From Candidatus Minusculum obligatum (GTDB taxonomy: Bacteria > Patescibacteriota > Minisyncoccia > Phycocordibacterales > Phycocordibacteraceae), in contig DCYT01000001.1 in the NCBI GenBank assembly GCA_002331145.1, positions 287,697 to 351,696 of the forward strand: a DNA stretch of 64,000 bases. The letters run 5' to 3'. Under the pieces are notes generated by a model. It saw only the letters and a program-made list of their open reading frames with translations. It had not been told where the DNA came from and did no database searches. This document shows, piece by piece, positions 56,257 through 64,000 of the stretch. The position numbers were made by a program, and so were the translations under genes. Every line of letters starts with the position of its first letter. Position 1 is the first letter of the stretch.

Positions 56257-58005
56257 CTACTCAGAGATAACTCGAAGCACTTCTTCAAGTGAAGTTGTCC
56301 CAACAGCGGCTTTGTAAATTCCATCTTCAAGCATTGTAAGCATCTCTTCTTTTCGAGCCTGTGCTTCAAGTCCATCAGTATTGGCGTTTTGCATCATAAG
56401 CTCTCGCATCCCTTCACTCATACGAAGCACTTCATGGATTCCAATTCGTCCTGAGTACCCATCCTCACACTCAGCACTCTTCTCTGGATGATAGAACGTT
56501 AGATCATCAATATCACTTTTTGGCTTCACTAACTTCTCGTCCTTAAGGGACTTAAATGCTGCTTCAAAATGATCTGTTCGCGCAATCTCATCACGCGCTG
56601 CTTTATTTAGCTTGTACTCCTCCTTCTTGTCACAAAGCTTTCGCACCAATCGCTGTCCGATAATTACACGAAGTGTAGATGAGAGCAGGAATCGCTCAGC
56701 TCCCATATCAAGAAGTCTTGGAATAGCACCTGCTGCTGAGTTTGTGTGAAGTGTTGCGAGCACCAAGTGCCCTGTGAGTGCTGCATTGATAGCAAGCTGT
56801 GCTGTTTCTTTGTCTCGGATCTCCCCCACCATGATGATGTCAGGGTCTTGTCGCACAAGAGACCTAAGTCCTGACTCAAAAGTAAGACCAATATGAGGAT
56901 TTACTTGTGTTTGGTTCACGCGAGGCATCTGATACTCAATCGGATCTTCAATAGTAGAGATGTTTACATCCGGAGTATTTAAAATATCTAAAATAGTGTA
57001 GAGCGTTGTTGTCTTTCCAGATCCTGTGGGTCCCGTTACAAGAATAAGACCAGTCTTTTGTCGTGTTGCTTCATGGATTCGCTCCAGATTCTCTCCATGG
57101 AACCCAAGAGTCTCAAGTGAGAAGCCTCCTCCTCCCTCTCGAAGAAGTCGCATCACCACCTTCTCTCCATAAAATGTTGGAAGTGTTGAAACTCGAAAAG
57201 AAACTTTCTCTCCTTCACTATCCATTTTGAATCGTCCGTCCTGCGGAAGACGTTTTTCATCCAGCTTAAGACTTGAAAGCACCTTAATACGAGCTGAGAT
57301 TGAAGGCCCTGCTTCTTTTGGAAGTGTCATCGCATCATGAAGGAGTCCATCTACTCGATAGCGCACCATTACCTCATGCTCAGAAGGTTCAATGTGAATA
57401 TCTGATGCCTTCTGGATGATGGCGTGCTTTAAAAGAGTGTCTACAATACGCACCACCGGAAGATCCTCTGCAATCTTCTTAAGCTCAGCTTCGCTTTTCT
57501 CTTCTCCGTCTTCCTTAATTACCTTCAGCGACTTACTCTCCTTTGAAATAATATCTCCGAACTCTTCTTTAAGGGTTTTTTGATACTGAAGGAGTGCCTG
57601 CTTAATTGAAACATCATCTGTAAGACGAACTCGCACCTTAAGACCAATCTTTTTTCGAATAGTATCGATAGCAGCAAGGTCTTTTGTATCAAGCATCGCA
57701 ACTTCTACCCCCTCTTCTGTTTTGTTATATGCAACAATGTTGTTATTGCGAGCAATAGGTTCTGGAATAAGCGCCAAAAGATCTGGATCAATCTTTTTTT
57801 CTTTCAAATTTACAAAAGGAATACCCAGCACGTACGCACTAATACGCCGAAGATCATTTTCTTCAATTTTTCCTGTAGAAACCAAGACATCTCCCAAAGA
57901 CCTTCCTACTTTTTCAGCTTCTTCTGCAGCTGCATCAACGTCTTTTTTAGAAACAAGTCCTGAGTCTGCAATAAACTCATGGAGCTGACGCTCATCAATT
58001 TTCAT
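56257..58005 (-). CDS. pilB: type IV pilus assembly ATPase PilB (GspE family)
   Basis: VTGPTGSGKTTTLY Walker A, tetracysteine-less GspE core, N-terminal T2SSE_N domain; start ATG 58005 (MKIDERQ). Confidence 0.9.
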   Translation of the reverse strand: MKIDERQLHEFIADSGLVSKKDVDAAAEEAEKVGRSLGDVLVSTGKIEENDLRRISAYVLGIPFVNLKEKKIDPDLLALIPEPIARNNNIVAYNKTEEGVEVAMLDTKDLAAIDTIRKKIGLKVRVRLTDDVSIKQALLQYQKTLKEEFGDIISKESKSLKVIKEDGEEKSEAELKKIAEDLPVVRIVDTLLKHAIIQKASDIHIEPSEHEVMVRYRVDGLLHDAMTLPKEAGPSISARIKVLSSLKLDEKRLPQDGRFKMDSEGEKVSFRVSTLPTFYGEKVVMRLLREGGGGFSLETLGFHGENLERIHEATRQKTGLILVTGPTGSGKTTTLYTILDILNTPDVNISTIEDPIEYQMPRVNQTQVNPHIGLTFESGLRSLVRQDPDIIMVGEIRDKETAQLAINAALTGHLVLATLHTNSAAGAIPRLLDMGAERFLLSSTLRVIIGQRLVRKLCDKKEEYKLNKAARDEIARTDHFEAAFKSLKDEKLVKPKSDIDDLTFYHPEKSAECEDGYSGRIGIHEVLRMSEGMRELMMQNANTDGLEAQARKEEMLTMLEDGIYKAAVGTTSLEEVLRVISE

Positions 58006-58053
58006 ATATATAAAATAGCACGGAGGTATACATATATATGTGTGTATTCCCCT

Positions 58054-58085
58054 AATTAAAAAGCCCCGGACTTTTAGTCCGGGGC
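58054..58085 (-). terminator. intrinsic terminator after the 58101..58508 gene
   Basis: GCCCCGGAC-taaaa-GTCCGGGGC then TTTTTAATT on the minus strand. Confidence 0.7.
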
Positions 58086-58100
58086 ACAAGGGTGCTTTCC

Positions 58101-58508
58101 TCAGTTCTTTTCTGAAACAAAAAGAAATGTTCCCCAAGTAAATAATAACGCCGAGACAAAACCAAAGACTGGAGGCACTGAGTACCACCACAATGCAATT
58201 GGCTCGTCCATAATAAAGAAGGCGCGTACAGAAACCAAAGTGTAGAGAAGAGTTTGCGCCACAACAACCACCCCTGTTGTCTGATCTCGATTCTTCCGAA
58301 AACAAAGCGTATAAAGGACTGTTGGGAGCGCCACAGAAACTAACACCATTCCTCCTACTGCGACAAGGACACCTGTTGGCATTGGATCTGACCCATAGTC
58401 AAAAGAGTTCAGAAACAAGATGCTGTCAACGTAGTACATAAGCGCAGCAAACATGCCAGCACCCTGAAGTGCAACGAAAAAGAAAACTATCGCTAAAAAC
58501 CGAAGCAT
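58101..58508 (-). CDS. hypothetical membrane protein
   Basis: Polytopic ORF; start at ATG 58508. Confidence 0.45.
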   Translation of the reverse strand: MLRFLAIVFFFVALQGAGMFAALMYYVDSILFLNSFDYGSDPMPTGVLVAVGGMVLVSVALPTVLYTLCFRKNRDQTTGVVVVAQTLLYTLVSVRAFFIMDEPIALWWYSVPPVFGFVSALLFTWGTFLFVSEKN

Positions 58509-58644
58509 CACTTCACCTTTGTGCACATTTATGTGCACCCTTTCTGCCATACGGGATACCATATAAAAAGTTAATACTCAAATTAAAAAAGCCGCACATA
58601 CTAGTGCGAATACTTTCGGACAAATACGTGCGGCTTTAATGGCC

Positions 58645-59043
58645 TTAACCGCGAGTTACCAGATTGCGAAACGGAAGTTTCAAGAAGTAGAGAATATCAT
58701 TCCCTGTAGCTTGTAGATACGATTTGAAACGATATGCATACTTGGCACGCGCTAGCGTGAGCCACCTTCCTGGCCATTGCAAGAAGATAAAAATCATCCA
58801 AGCAAATATAATGCCGATAACAGTAGCCCCAAACCAATACGGGCCAACAACACTTTCGTATACAATCGCAGCTGCAAATCCGAAGACGAGCGCAGATACA
58901 AACAGTAGCGTGAGAAACGCTTTTCTCATTCTTCGCTGCATCCCCTCTTCGAGCTCAGAAAGAAGATATTCTTCCCCTTCCTTCCTTTCCTTTTTCCGCT
59001 GTGCGATAACGCGCAGTCGATTAGACATTTTCATAAAGAACAC
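58645..59043 (-). CDS. hypothetical membrane protein
   Basis: N-terminal basic region then 2 TM; the ORF-track start is a GTG and the first ATG is at 59034. Confidence 0.45.
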   Translation of the reverse strand: MFFMKMSNRLRVIAQRKKERKEGEEYLLSELEEGMQRRMRKAFLTLLFVSALVFGFAAAIVYESVVGPYWFGATVIGIIFAWMIFIFLQWPGRWLTLARAKYAYRFKSYLQATGNDILYFLKLPFRNLVTRG

Positions 59044-59240
59044 TCCTCTGTTAAGACCGCAGGTATTTAACCATACTTAGAAATGCTTGACAACACATAC
59101 TATATCGTTGTAACATCCTCCCACTCAAGGAAGTACGTATAGGTGTATCTTCACCAAAATCGGAAAACTGAGTGTCCAGGATGATGTGTGAGCTCCACAC
59201 GAGGTAGACCCTCCGCCACCAGCTCCTTTCCAACTTGGAC

Positions 59241-59287
59241 GGCCCGGTGTTGAGGCGCTTTATTGCGACTCCACCGGGCCTTTTTTA
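59241..59287 (+). terminator. strong intrinsic terminator with no upstream CDS (candidate sRNA 3' end or nusA leader attenuator)
   Basis: GGCCCGGUG-(22-nt loop)-CACCGGGCC followed by UUUUUUA; about 130 nt upstream of nusA. Confidence 0.55.
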
Positions 59288-59331
59288 TAGAGAGAACAAA
59301 CGCGGCACATATATAAGTCAATATACCTACA

Positions 59332-59359
59332 TTGACTTTCTGTAAAAAACCTGTATTAT
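59332..59359 (+). promoter_or_regulatory. sigma70-like promoter upstream of nusA (TTGACT-16-TATTAT)
   Basis: TTGACTttctgtaaaaaacctgTATTAT about 65 nt upstream of the nusA ATG. Confidence 0.45.
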
Positions 59360-59424
59360 TCCTGTATTGATGACGTCCGCACCCGCGGGCGATTATTTTT
59401 ACAAAAATTGAATAACAATTGAAT

Positions 59425-60705
59425 ATGTTTGACTTAAAAGTAATACAATCTGTTCTTGATCAGTTCGAGGAGGAGAAAAATATTCCTCGAGAAAAGATGA
59501 TTGAGGCAATCGAGGCAGCCCTTGCGACTGCATATAAGAAAGAGTACGGAAAGCGAAATCAAATCGTTCGTGCGACTTTGGATATGAATACTGGAACTCC
59601 TGTATTTGAGCAGGTAAAGCAGGTTGTAGACGAGTCACTCGTATACTTTGATGAAGAAGAGGAGCGCTCAGAAGAAGATGAGCGAAGTTTCTTTGATTCT
59701 GAGAAGCACATTCTCCTAGAGGACGCGAAGCGTATTAAAAAAGATGTAGAGCTTGATTCTGAGCTTACCTTCCCACTTGAAGCACAGGCTGATTTTGGAC
59801 GAATTGCAGCACAAACTGCAAAGCAGGTAATTATTCAGAAGATTCGAGAGGCTGAAAAGGGATCTATCCTTGAAGAGTTTGCAGGACGCGAAGGAGAAAT
59901 CGTATCTGGAACTGTTCAGCGTGTTGAGCGTGGAATGATCTACGTAGATCTTGGACGAACAACAGGAATTATTCCTTTTGAGGAGCAGATTCGAGGTGAG
60001 CGATACCGAACTGGAGAGCGAATTAGAGCTTACCTATACTCAGTTGATGAGGGAGCACGAGGAGTATTCCTTCGTCTGTCACGATCTCACCCTCAGTTTG
60101 TTATTGAGCTGTTTAAGCTTGAGGCACCAGAGCTTGCAAATGGAACAGTAGAGATTAAGGCCATCGCTCGAGAGCCAGGAAGCCGAACAAAGCTTGCAGT
60201 TATCTCAGAGGATGATCATATCGACCCAGTTGGATCTCTTGTGGGACAGCGAGGAGTTCGAGTGTCTACCGTAACAAGTGAGCTTGGAGGAGAGCGAATC
60301 GACATTATCGAGTGGAATGAAGATGAGGAAATGTTTGTAAAAGACGCCCTCTCTCCTGCTGAAGTTGTTTCAGTTGAGATGGATGAGAAAGAGCACAAAG
60401 CGGTTGTAACCGTAAATGAAGACCAGCAGTCTCTTGCTATTGGTCGCGGAGGACAGAACGTTCGTCTTGCAGCTAAGCTAACTGGATGGAGCATTGATAT
60501 TGCCTCAATCGGAGGAGAATCAGTTGCAGAAACTGATGGAAATGAGGTTGAAGTTGCTCCAAAAGAGGAGGAGGCACCTGCTGTAGAAGAAGAAGTTGCC
60601 ACAGAGGAAGAAACTCCAGTTGAAACTGAAGAAACTCCTGAGGAAACTAAGGAAGAAGAAGTAGAGGCTCCAGCTGAGGAGAAGGAGGAAGAGGAGAAAG
60701 CTTAA
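59425..60705 (+). CDS. nusA: transcription termination/antitermination factor NusA
   Basis: N-terminal NusA domain, S1 (GEIVSGTVQRVERG) and two KH domains, acidic Glu-rich C-terminus; first ATG at 59425. Confidence 0.9.
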   Translation: MFDLKVIQSVLDQFEEEKNIPREKMIEAIEAALATAYKKEYGKRNQIVRATLDMNTGTPVFEQVKQVVDESLVYFDEEEERSEEDERSFFDSEKHILLEDAKRIKKDVELDSELTFPLEAQADFGRIAAQTAKQVIIQKIREAEKGSILEEFAGREGEIVSGTVQRVERGMIYVDLGRTTGIIPFEEQIRGERYRTGERIRAYLYSVDEGARGVFLRLSRSHPQFVIELFKLEAPELANGTVEIKAIAREPGSRTKLAVISEDDHIDPVGSLVGQRGVRVSTVTSELGGERIDIIEWNEDEEMFVKDALSPAEVVSVEMDEKEHKAVVTVNEDQQSLAIGRGGQNVRLAAKLTGWSIDIASIGGESVAETDGNEVEVAPKEEEAPAVEEEVATEEETPVETEETPEETKEEEVEAPAEEKEEEEKA

Positions 60706-60723
60706 GTGATATAAACTATATAT

Positions 60724-61239
60724 ATGAACTTACTGCATGATATCGAACCAGGAACAGCTGATGAGATGAATGTCATCATCGAAATTCCAAAAGGTTCAAA
60801 AAATAAGTACGAGATTGATAAAGAGACAGGAATGATTGCACTTGATCGTGTGATGCACACCGCTCAGGACTATCCATTTGACTATGGATTCGTTCCTCGA
60901 ACGCTTTGGGATGATGGAGATGCACTCGATGTACTTGTCCTAACCACATACCCACTAGCACCAGGTATTCTTGCTCGGTGTCGGCCAGTTGCGATCCTAA
61001 AAATGATCGATGGAGGAGAAAGCGATGACAAAGTTATCGCTGTCCCAACAGAAGATCCGCGCTTTGATAGCGTAAAAGATCTCTCTGATGTGAACCCTCA
61101 CACCCTAAAAGAAATTGAACACTTCTTTGCTACCTATAAGAAGATTCAGAATAAAGAGGTGCAGACAGACGGATTCAAGGGAGCAGATGATGCAAAAGCA
61201 GCATTTGATCGCGCAGTAGAGCTCTATTCTAAGAAGTAA
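60724..61239 (+). CDS. ppa: inorganic pyrophosphatase (family I)
   Basis: DYPFDYGFVPRTLWDDGDALDVLVL signature. Confidence 0.9.
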   Translation: MNLLHDIEPGTADEMNVIIEIPKGSKNKYEIDKETGMIALDRVMHTAQDYPFDYGFVPRTLWDDGDALDVLVLTTYPLAPGILARCRPVAILKMIDGGESDDKVIAVPTEDPRFDSVKDLSDVNPHTLKEIEHFFATYKKIQNKEVQTDGFKGADDAKAAFDRAVELYSKK

Positions 61240-61258
61240 TACTCCTTAGGGGATATAT

Positions 61259-61286
61259 AACAGCCCGGCATATGCCGGGCTGTTAT
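61259..61286 (+). terminator. intrinsic terminator after ppa
   Basis: AACAGCCCGGCATA-TGCCGGGCTGTT then ATACTTTAT. Confidence 0.7.
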
Positions 61287-61338
61287 ACTTTATATAGATA
61301 CCCGTATGCATGCGGCGTAGCAATTATAAATATTAAAG

Positions 61339-62124
61339 ATGTATCGATACATGAAGACAATACAAAAAGTAGCTGGAGCATCACTTGCACTTCTATTTTT
61401 GCTTGGGGGAGCTCCTGCATTTGCACAGGAGACTAACGCCGTATCAGCGGATCGAGATGCTAAGAAGCTAGAGCTTCAGGCAGATCGAGATGCGAAGCGC
61501 GCAGAACTTGAAGCAAAGAAAGCTGAGGCTGTTGAAGCACGAGATGCTAAGAAAGCTGAGGTAGAGGAGATGCGAGATGCGAAAAAAGGCGAGCTTGAAG
61601 AAAAGAGAGCAGAGCTCGAAGCAAATCGTGACGCAAAGAAGGAGGAGTTAGAGGCAAAGAAAGAGGAGCGTACTGCTGCTCGAGAGGAGAAGAAAGCTGA
61701 GCTTCGAGAAAAACTTACCGACCGAGCAAAAGAGCGAATCGGAAAGTACCTTGAGCGAATGACAGCAAAGATGAATGCCATGGCAGATCGTCTGGATCAG
61801 ATTATCGAGCGATTTGAGGCACGTCTTGATGCCATTGAAGCAGAAGGAGTTGATATTAGCGAAGCAGAGCGAGCTATTGCCGCGGCAAAGACTGCTGTAG
61901 CTGATGCTAGAGAGCAAGTACGAGTACTTGCTGCAACTGGAGATGAGCTTATTGCAGCTCTTGATGCAGAAGATGGTGAGCCTCGAGAGGTTCTTGCAAA
62001 GGTGAAAGAAATTGCAAGCACGGCACGAGAAGCACTTAAAGATGCACACGAGTCTCTACGAGAAGCGGTCGAAGCCATTAAAAACCTTAAGCTATCTGCA
62101 AGCGTTCTAAACGCTGTTGAGTAA
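61339..62124 (+). CDS. secreted coiled-coil protein with tandem RDAKKxELEAKK-type repeats
   Basis: Signal peptide (ALLFLLGGAPAFA); repeats visible at DNA level 61440..61700; real start may be ATG 61351 (MKTIQK). Confidence 0.55.
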   Translation: MYRYMKTIQKVAGASLALLFLLGGAPAFAQETNAVSADRDAKKLELQADRDAKRAELEAKKAEAVEARDAKKAEVEEMRDAKKGELEEKRAELEANRDAKKEELEAKKEERTAAREEKKAELREKLTDRAKERIGKYLERMTAKMNAMADRLDQIIERFEARLDAIEAEGVDISEAERAIAAAKTAVADAREQVRVLAATGDELIAALDAEDGEPREVLAKVKEIASTAREALKDAHESLREAVEAIKNLKLSASVLNAVE

Positions 62125-62125
62125 T

Positions 62126-62500
62126 ATGGACCAAGAACCACAAGCACCTAACCCAGCACCGGAGGCGCCAGAAGCACCAGCACCAAATCCAGCACCAGCT
62201 CCTGAAGAAGGAGCCGCCGGAGGAGGAACAGCACTTCTTGCTCTTGGAGTAATTGTTGTTGTTATCTTGGCTGGAGCATTCTTTATCTTCGGAGATAAGT
62301 ACTCTGGAGCACCAAAAACAGAAGCTGATCTTGAGCAGCAGTTTGATGCTGCAGAAGGAGCAGCTCAGGCTGAAGTAGAAGCAATTACCGCAGTAGAAGA
62401 ATCTACTGCCCTATCATCAATTGAAGCTGACATTAATGAGAGTGATCTCTCAGAACTTGATGCTGAACTTGATGCAATTGATCAAGAGTTTTCAATCTAA
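62126..62500 (+). CDS. membrane-anchored Pro/Ala-rich N-terminus, acidic C-terminal coiled-coil protein
   Basis: ATG 62126 two nt after the upstream stop; PAPEAPEAPAPNPAPAPEE then one TM then an acidic domain. Confidence 0.45.
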   Translation: MDQEPQAPNPAPEAPEAPAPNPAPAPEEGAAGGGTALLALGVIVVVILAGAFFIFGDKYSGAPKTEADLEQQFDAAEGAAQAEVEAITAVEESTALSSIEADINESDLSELDAELDAIDQEFSI

Positions 62501-62523
62501 AGAAAACCTCTACTCTTTTTAAG

Positions 62524-62545
62524 AAAAGCGCCAATTGGCGCTTTT
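62524..62545 (+). terminator. intrinsic terminator
   Basis: AAAAGCGCC-aatt-GGCGCTTTTCTTG. Confidence 0.7.
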
Positions 62546-62584
62546 CTTGTACTCCACCATACTCCCTGATAGTATGCGAGTACT

Positions 62585-63193
62585 ATGAAAATGGAAAAAG
62601 AAATCAGCAATAATCTCGTACCAATGGTGGTTGAGAAAGGCCAGTATGGCGAGCGAGCATACGATATTTACTCACGACTTCTAAAGGAGAGAATCATCTT
62701 CCTTGGAGGAGCAATTGATAATCACGTTGCCAATCTTGTGGTGGCACAGCTTCTTTTTCTTGAAGCAGAAGACCCAAAAAAGGATATTCAAATCTACATT
62801 AACTCTCCAGGAGGTTCGGTAACTGCAGCACTTGCGATGCTCGATACCATGAACCACATCAAGCCTGATGTTTCTACCGTATGTGTAGGACTTGCAGCAT
62901 CAGCTGGAGCAGTTCTTCTTGCAGCAGGTACAAAAGGAAAGCGATTTGCACTCCCTAACGCAGAAGTTATGATCCACCAACCATGGGGAGGTGTTGAGGG
63001 ACAAGCAAGTGATATTGAAATTACTGCAAAGCACATCCTTTCAACTCGAGACAGGCTTAACAAGATCCTCGCAGATGCTACAGGACAGCCTCTTGAGAAG
63101 ATTGCAACTGATGTAGACCGAGATTTCTTCATGACAGCAGATGAAGCGAAGAAATATGGGCTTGTCGACAAGGTACACAAGAGCAAGTCATAG
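62585..63193 (+). CDS. clpP: ATP-dependent Clp protease proteolytic subunit
   Basis: [14 protein letters not shown], catalytic Ser in GLAASAGA, His in MIHQP. Confidence 0.9.
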   Translation: MKMEKEISNNLVPMVVEKGQYGERAYDIYSRLLKERIIFLGGAIDNHVANLVVAQLLFLEAEDPKKDIQIYINSPGGSVTAALAMLDTMNHIKPDVSTVCVGLAASAGAVLLAAGTKGKRFALPNAEVMIHQPWGGVEGQASDIEITAKHILSTRDRLNKILADATGQPLEKIATDVDRDFFMTADEAKKYGLVDKVHKSKS

Positions 63194-63212
63194 TTTTATC
63201 TCCATATTGAGA

Positions 63213-63240
63213 AACAGCGCTTACCTAAGCGCTGTTTTTT
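63213..63240 (+). terminator. intrinsic terminator after clpP
   Basis: AACAGCGC-ttacctaa-GCGCTGTT then TTTTTT. Confidence 0.8.
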
Positions 63241-63250
63241 ATACTTTCAT

Positions 63251-63292
63251 TTCAACTACGTAGTTAATTACGTAATTAACTACGTAGTTGAA
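63251..63292. repeat. palindrome family copy 3, extended to a 42-bp perfect palindrome TTCAACTACGTAGTTAATTACGTAATTAACTACGTAGTTGAA
   Basis: Read directly; lies between the clpP terminator and the stop of the convergent 63299..63637 gene. Confidence 0.9.
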
Positions 63293-63298
63293 AAATGA

Positions 63299-63637
63299 TC
63301 ATTCTCGATAGCGAGAAGCAATTGCCGTCCAATTAACTTCCTCCTCTCCTACATCGTGGCAGATGAGTGCTCCCCTATCTTGCTCACAAATGCGCGAGCC
63401 CTCAGGCAGGCCATCAACGGTGCCATCTGGAAATATGACTTTGAGTGCTTCGCCTTCAAAATCGATCCAAATGTATCCGTAGATCCCATCTGCTCGCTGA
63501 ACCCTTCCAGGCCAGCAGCCTAGAGAACCATCATCCTTTCTTTCACAAAAGTGTCCGGTTTCTCTCTCGACACGCTCTGCAAAGCTTGGGGTATCTTCTA
63601 GGGTGAGAATAAACATCATTACTGTAAGAACAAGCAT
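63299..63637 (-). CDS. hypothetical secreted small Cys-containing protein
   Basis: Signal peptide MLVLTVMMFILTL; 6 Cys; ATG 63637. Confidence 0.45.
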   Translation of the reverse strand: MLVLTVMMFILTLEDTPSFAERVERETGHFCERKDDGSLGCWPGRVQRADGIYGYIWIDFEGEALKVIFPDGTVDGLPEGSRICEQDRGALICHDVGEEEVNWTAIASRYRE

Positions 63638-63709
63638 TGGCTTTTCCTCCTACCTATATAATACCGCACAAAAAGTAGCCGTTACCCACCTGGGTAACGG
63701 CTATACAAT

Positions 63710-64000
63710 TCAGAGATCAATCCCGCCACATTGAGCAGGAGCAACGACACCTTGCTGCAGAGCATCACGGCGTCCAGCTGCATAGCCTTCTGCCTGACCA
63801 ATCCTGCGGCCCATTTGCGCTGCTACCTGCATGCCTGGAACTCCCATGAGAAGACCTTCATATCGGCCAAGATTCATGAGTGACTCAAGGCGTGAAAATT
63901 CTTCATCTCCAGGATAGACAATATCCACGACATCGAGAGGGCCAGTAATATGGCCTTGCTGCTCATAATCGATATACCAGTACTCGTTTGCAGAGACCTG
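63710..64000 (-). CDS. partial CDS (C-terminal part; open to the window edge), hypothetical
   Basis: The frame of ORF 63710..63928 stays open with no stop up to position 64000; the GTG in the track is not the real start. Confidence 0.35.
   Translation of the reverse strand, partial: QVSANEYWYIDYEQQGHITGPLDVVDIVYPGDEEFSRLESLMNLGRYEGLLMGVPGMQVAAQMGRRIGQAEGYAAGRRDALQQGVVAPAQCGGIDL

Noticed and set aside
59100-59290. SRP (4.5S) RNA
   Set aside because: The minus strand has GGAAAGGAGCUGG near a long hairpin. This matches the domain-IV GGAAGGAAGCAGCC consensus at too few positions, and I could not build the symmetric and asymmetric loops by eye.
1-64000. CRISPR arrays, rRNA genes, integrases or transposases, prophage
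   Set aside because: I found no regularly spaced direct repeats, no rRNA-like conserved segments and no recombinase-like ORFs. The only repeat family is the palindromic element reported above.

Overview
This window looks like it comes from a small-genome bacterium. I infer Patescibacteria/CPR-like ancestry from three things: rpmD (L30) is missing between rpsE and rplO, the ribosomal cluster is very compact, and the window carries type IV pilus and competence genes. I saw no sign of UGA recoding.

The backbone is one long minus-strand block, about 40.3 kb down to 16.4 kb. It runs from a surface-protein module through rpsL-rpsG-fusA, an inserted island, tuf-rpsJ, the S10/spc ribosomal cluster and secY-adk-map to ndk. 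The ribosomal cluster is interrupted at three places by non-ribosomal genes. Each interruption is flanked by bidirectional hairpin terminators and fresh TTGACA-type promoters.

Flanking this block are natural-transformation and type IV pilus genes: pilM-pilN-pilO(-pilP-like) with divergent comFC on the left, a ComEC channel gene with a separately encoded ComEC-type MBL-domain gene in the middle, and prepilin-like genes plus pilC and pilB on the right. Housekeeping genes fill the rest: recG, ftsH, smpB with tmRNA, infC-rpmI-rplT, a beta-CASP RNase, recJ, pgk-tpiA, nusA, ppa and clpP.

There are two tRNAs, Ser-GCU and an unusual one with anticodon UAU, and one tmRNA.

The most striking non-coding signal is a 38-bp perfect palindrome, made of three abutting 12-bp dyads, present in three copies at gene boundaries. 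Its 12-mer unit is also strongly over-represented inside coding sequence. Other leads are a small protein with an FtsZ C-terminal-peptide mimic inserted in the spc operon, a tandem paralog pair inserted between rpsS and rplB, an unknown island with an in-frame stop between fusA and tuf, and a cohesin-dockerin surface module.
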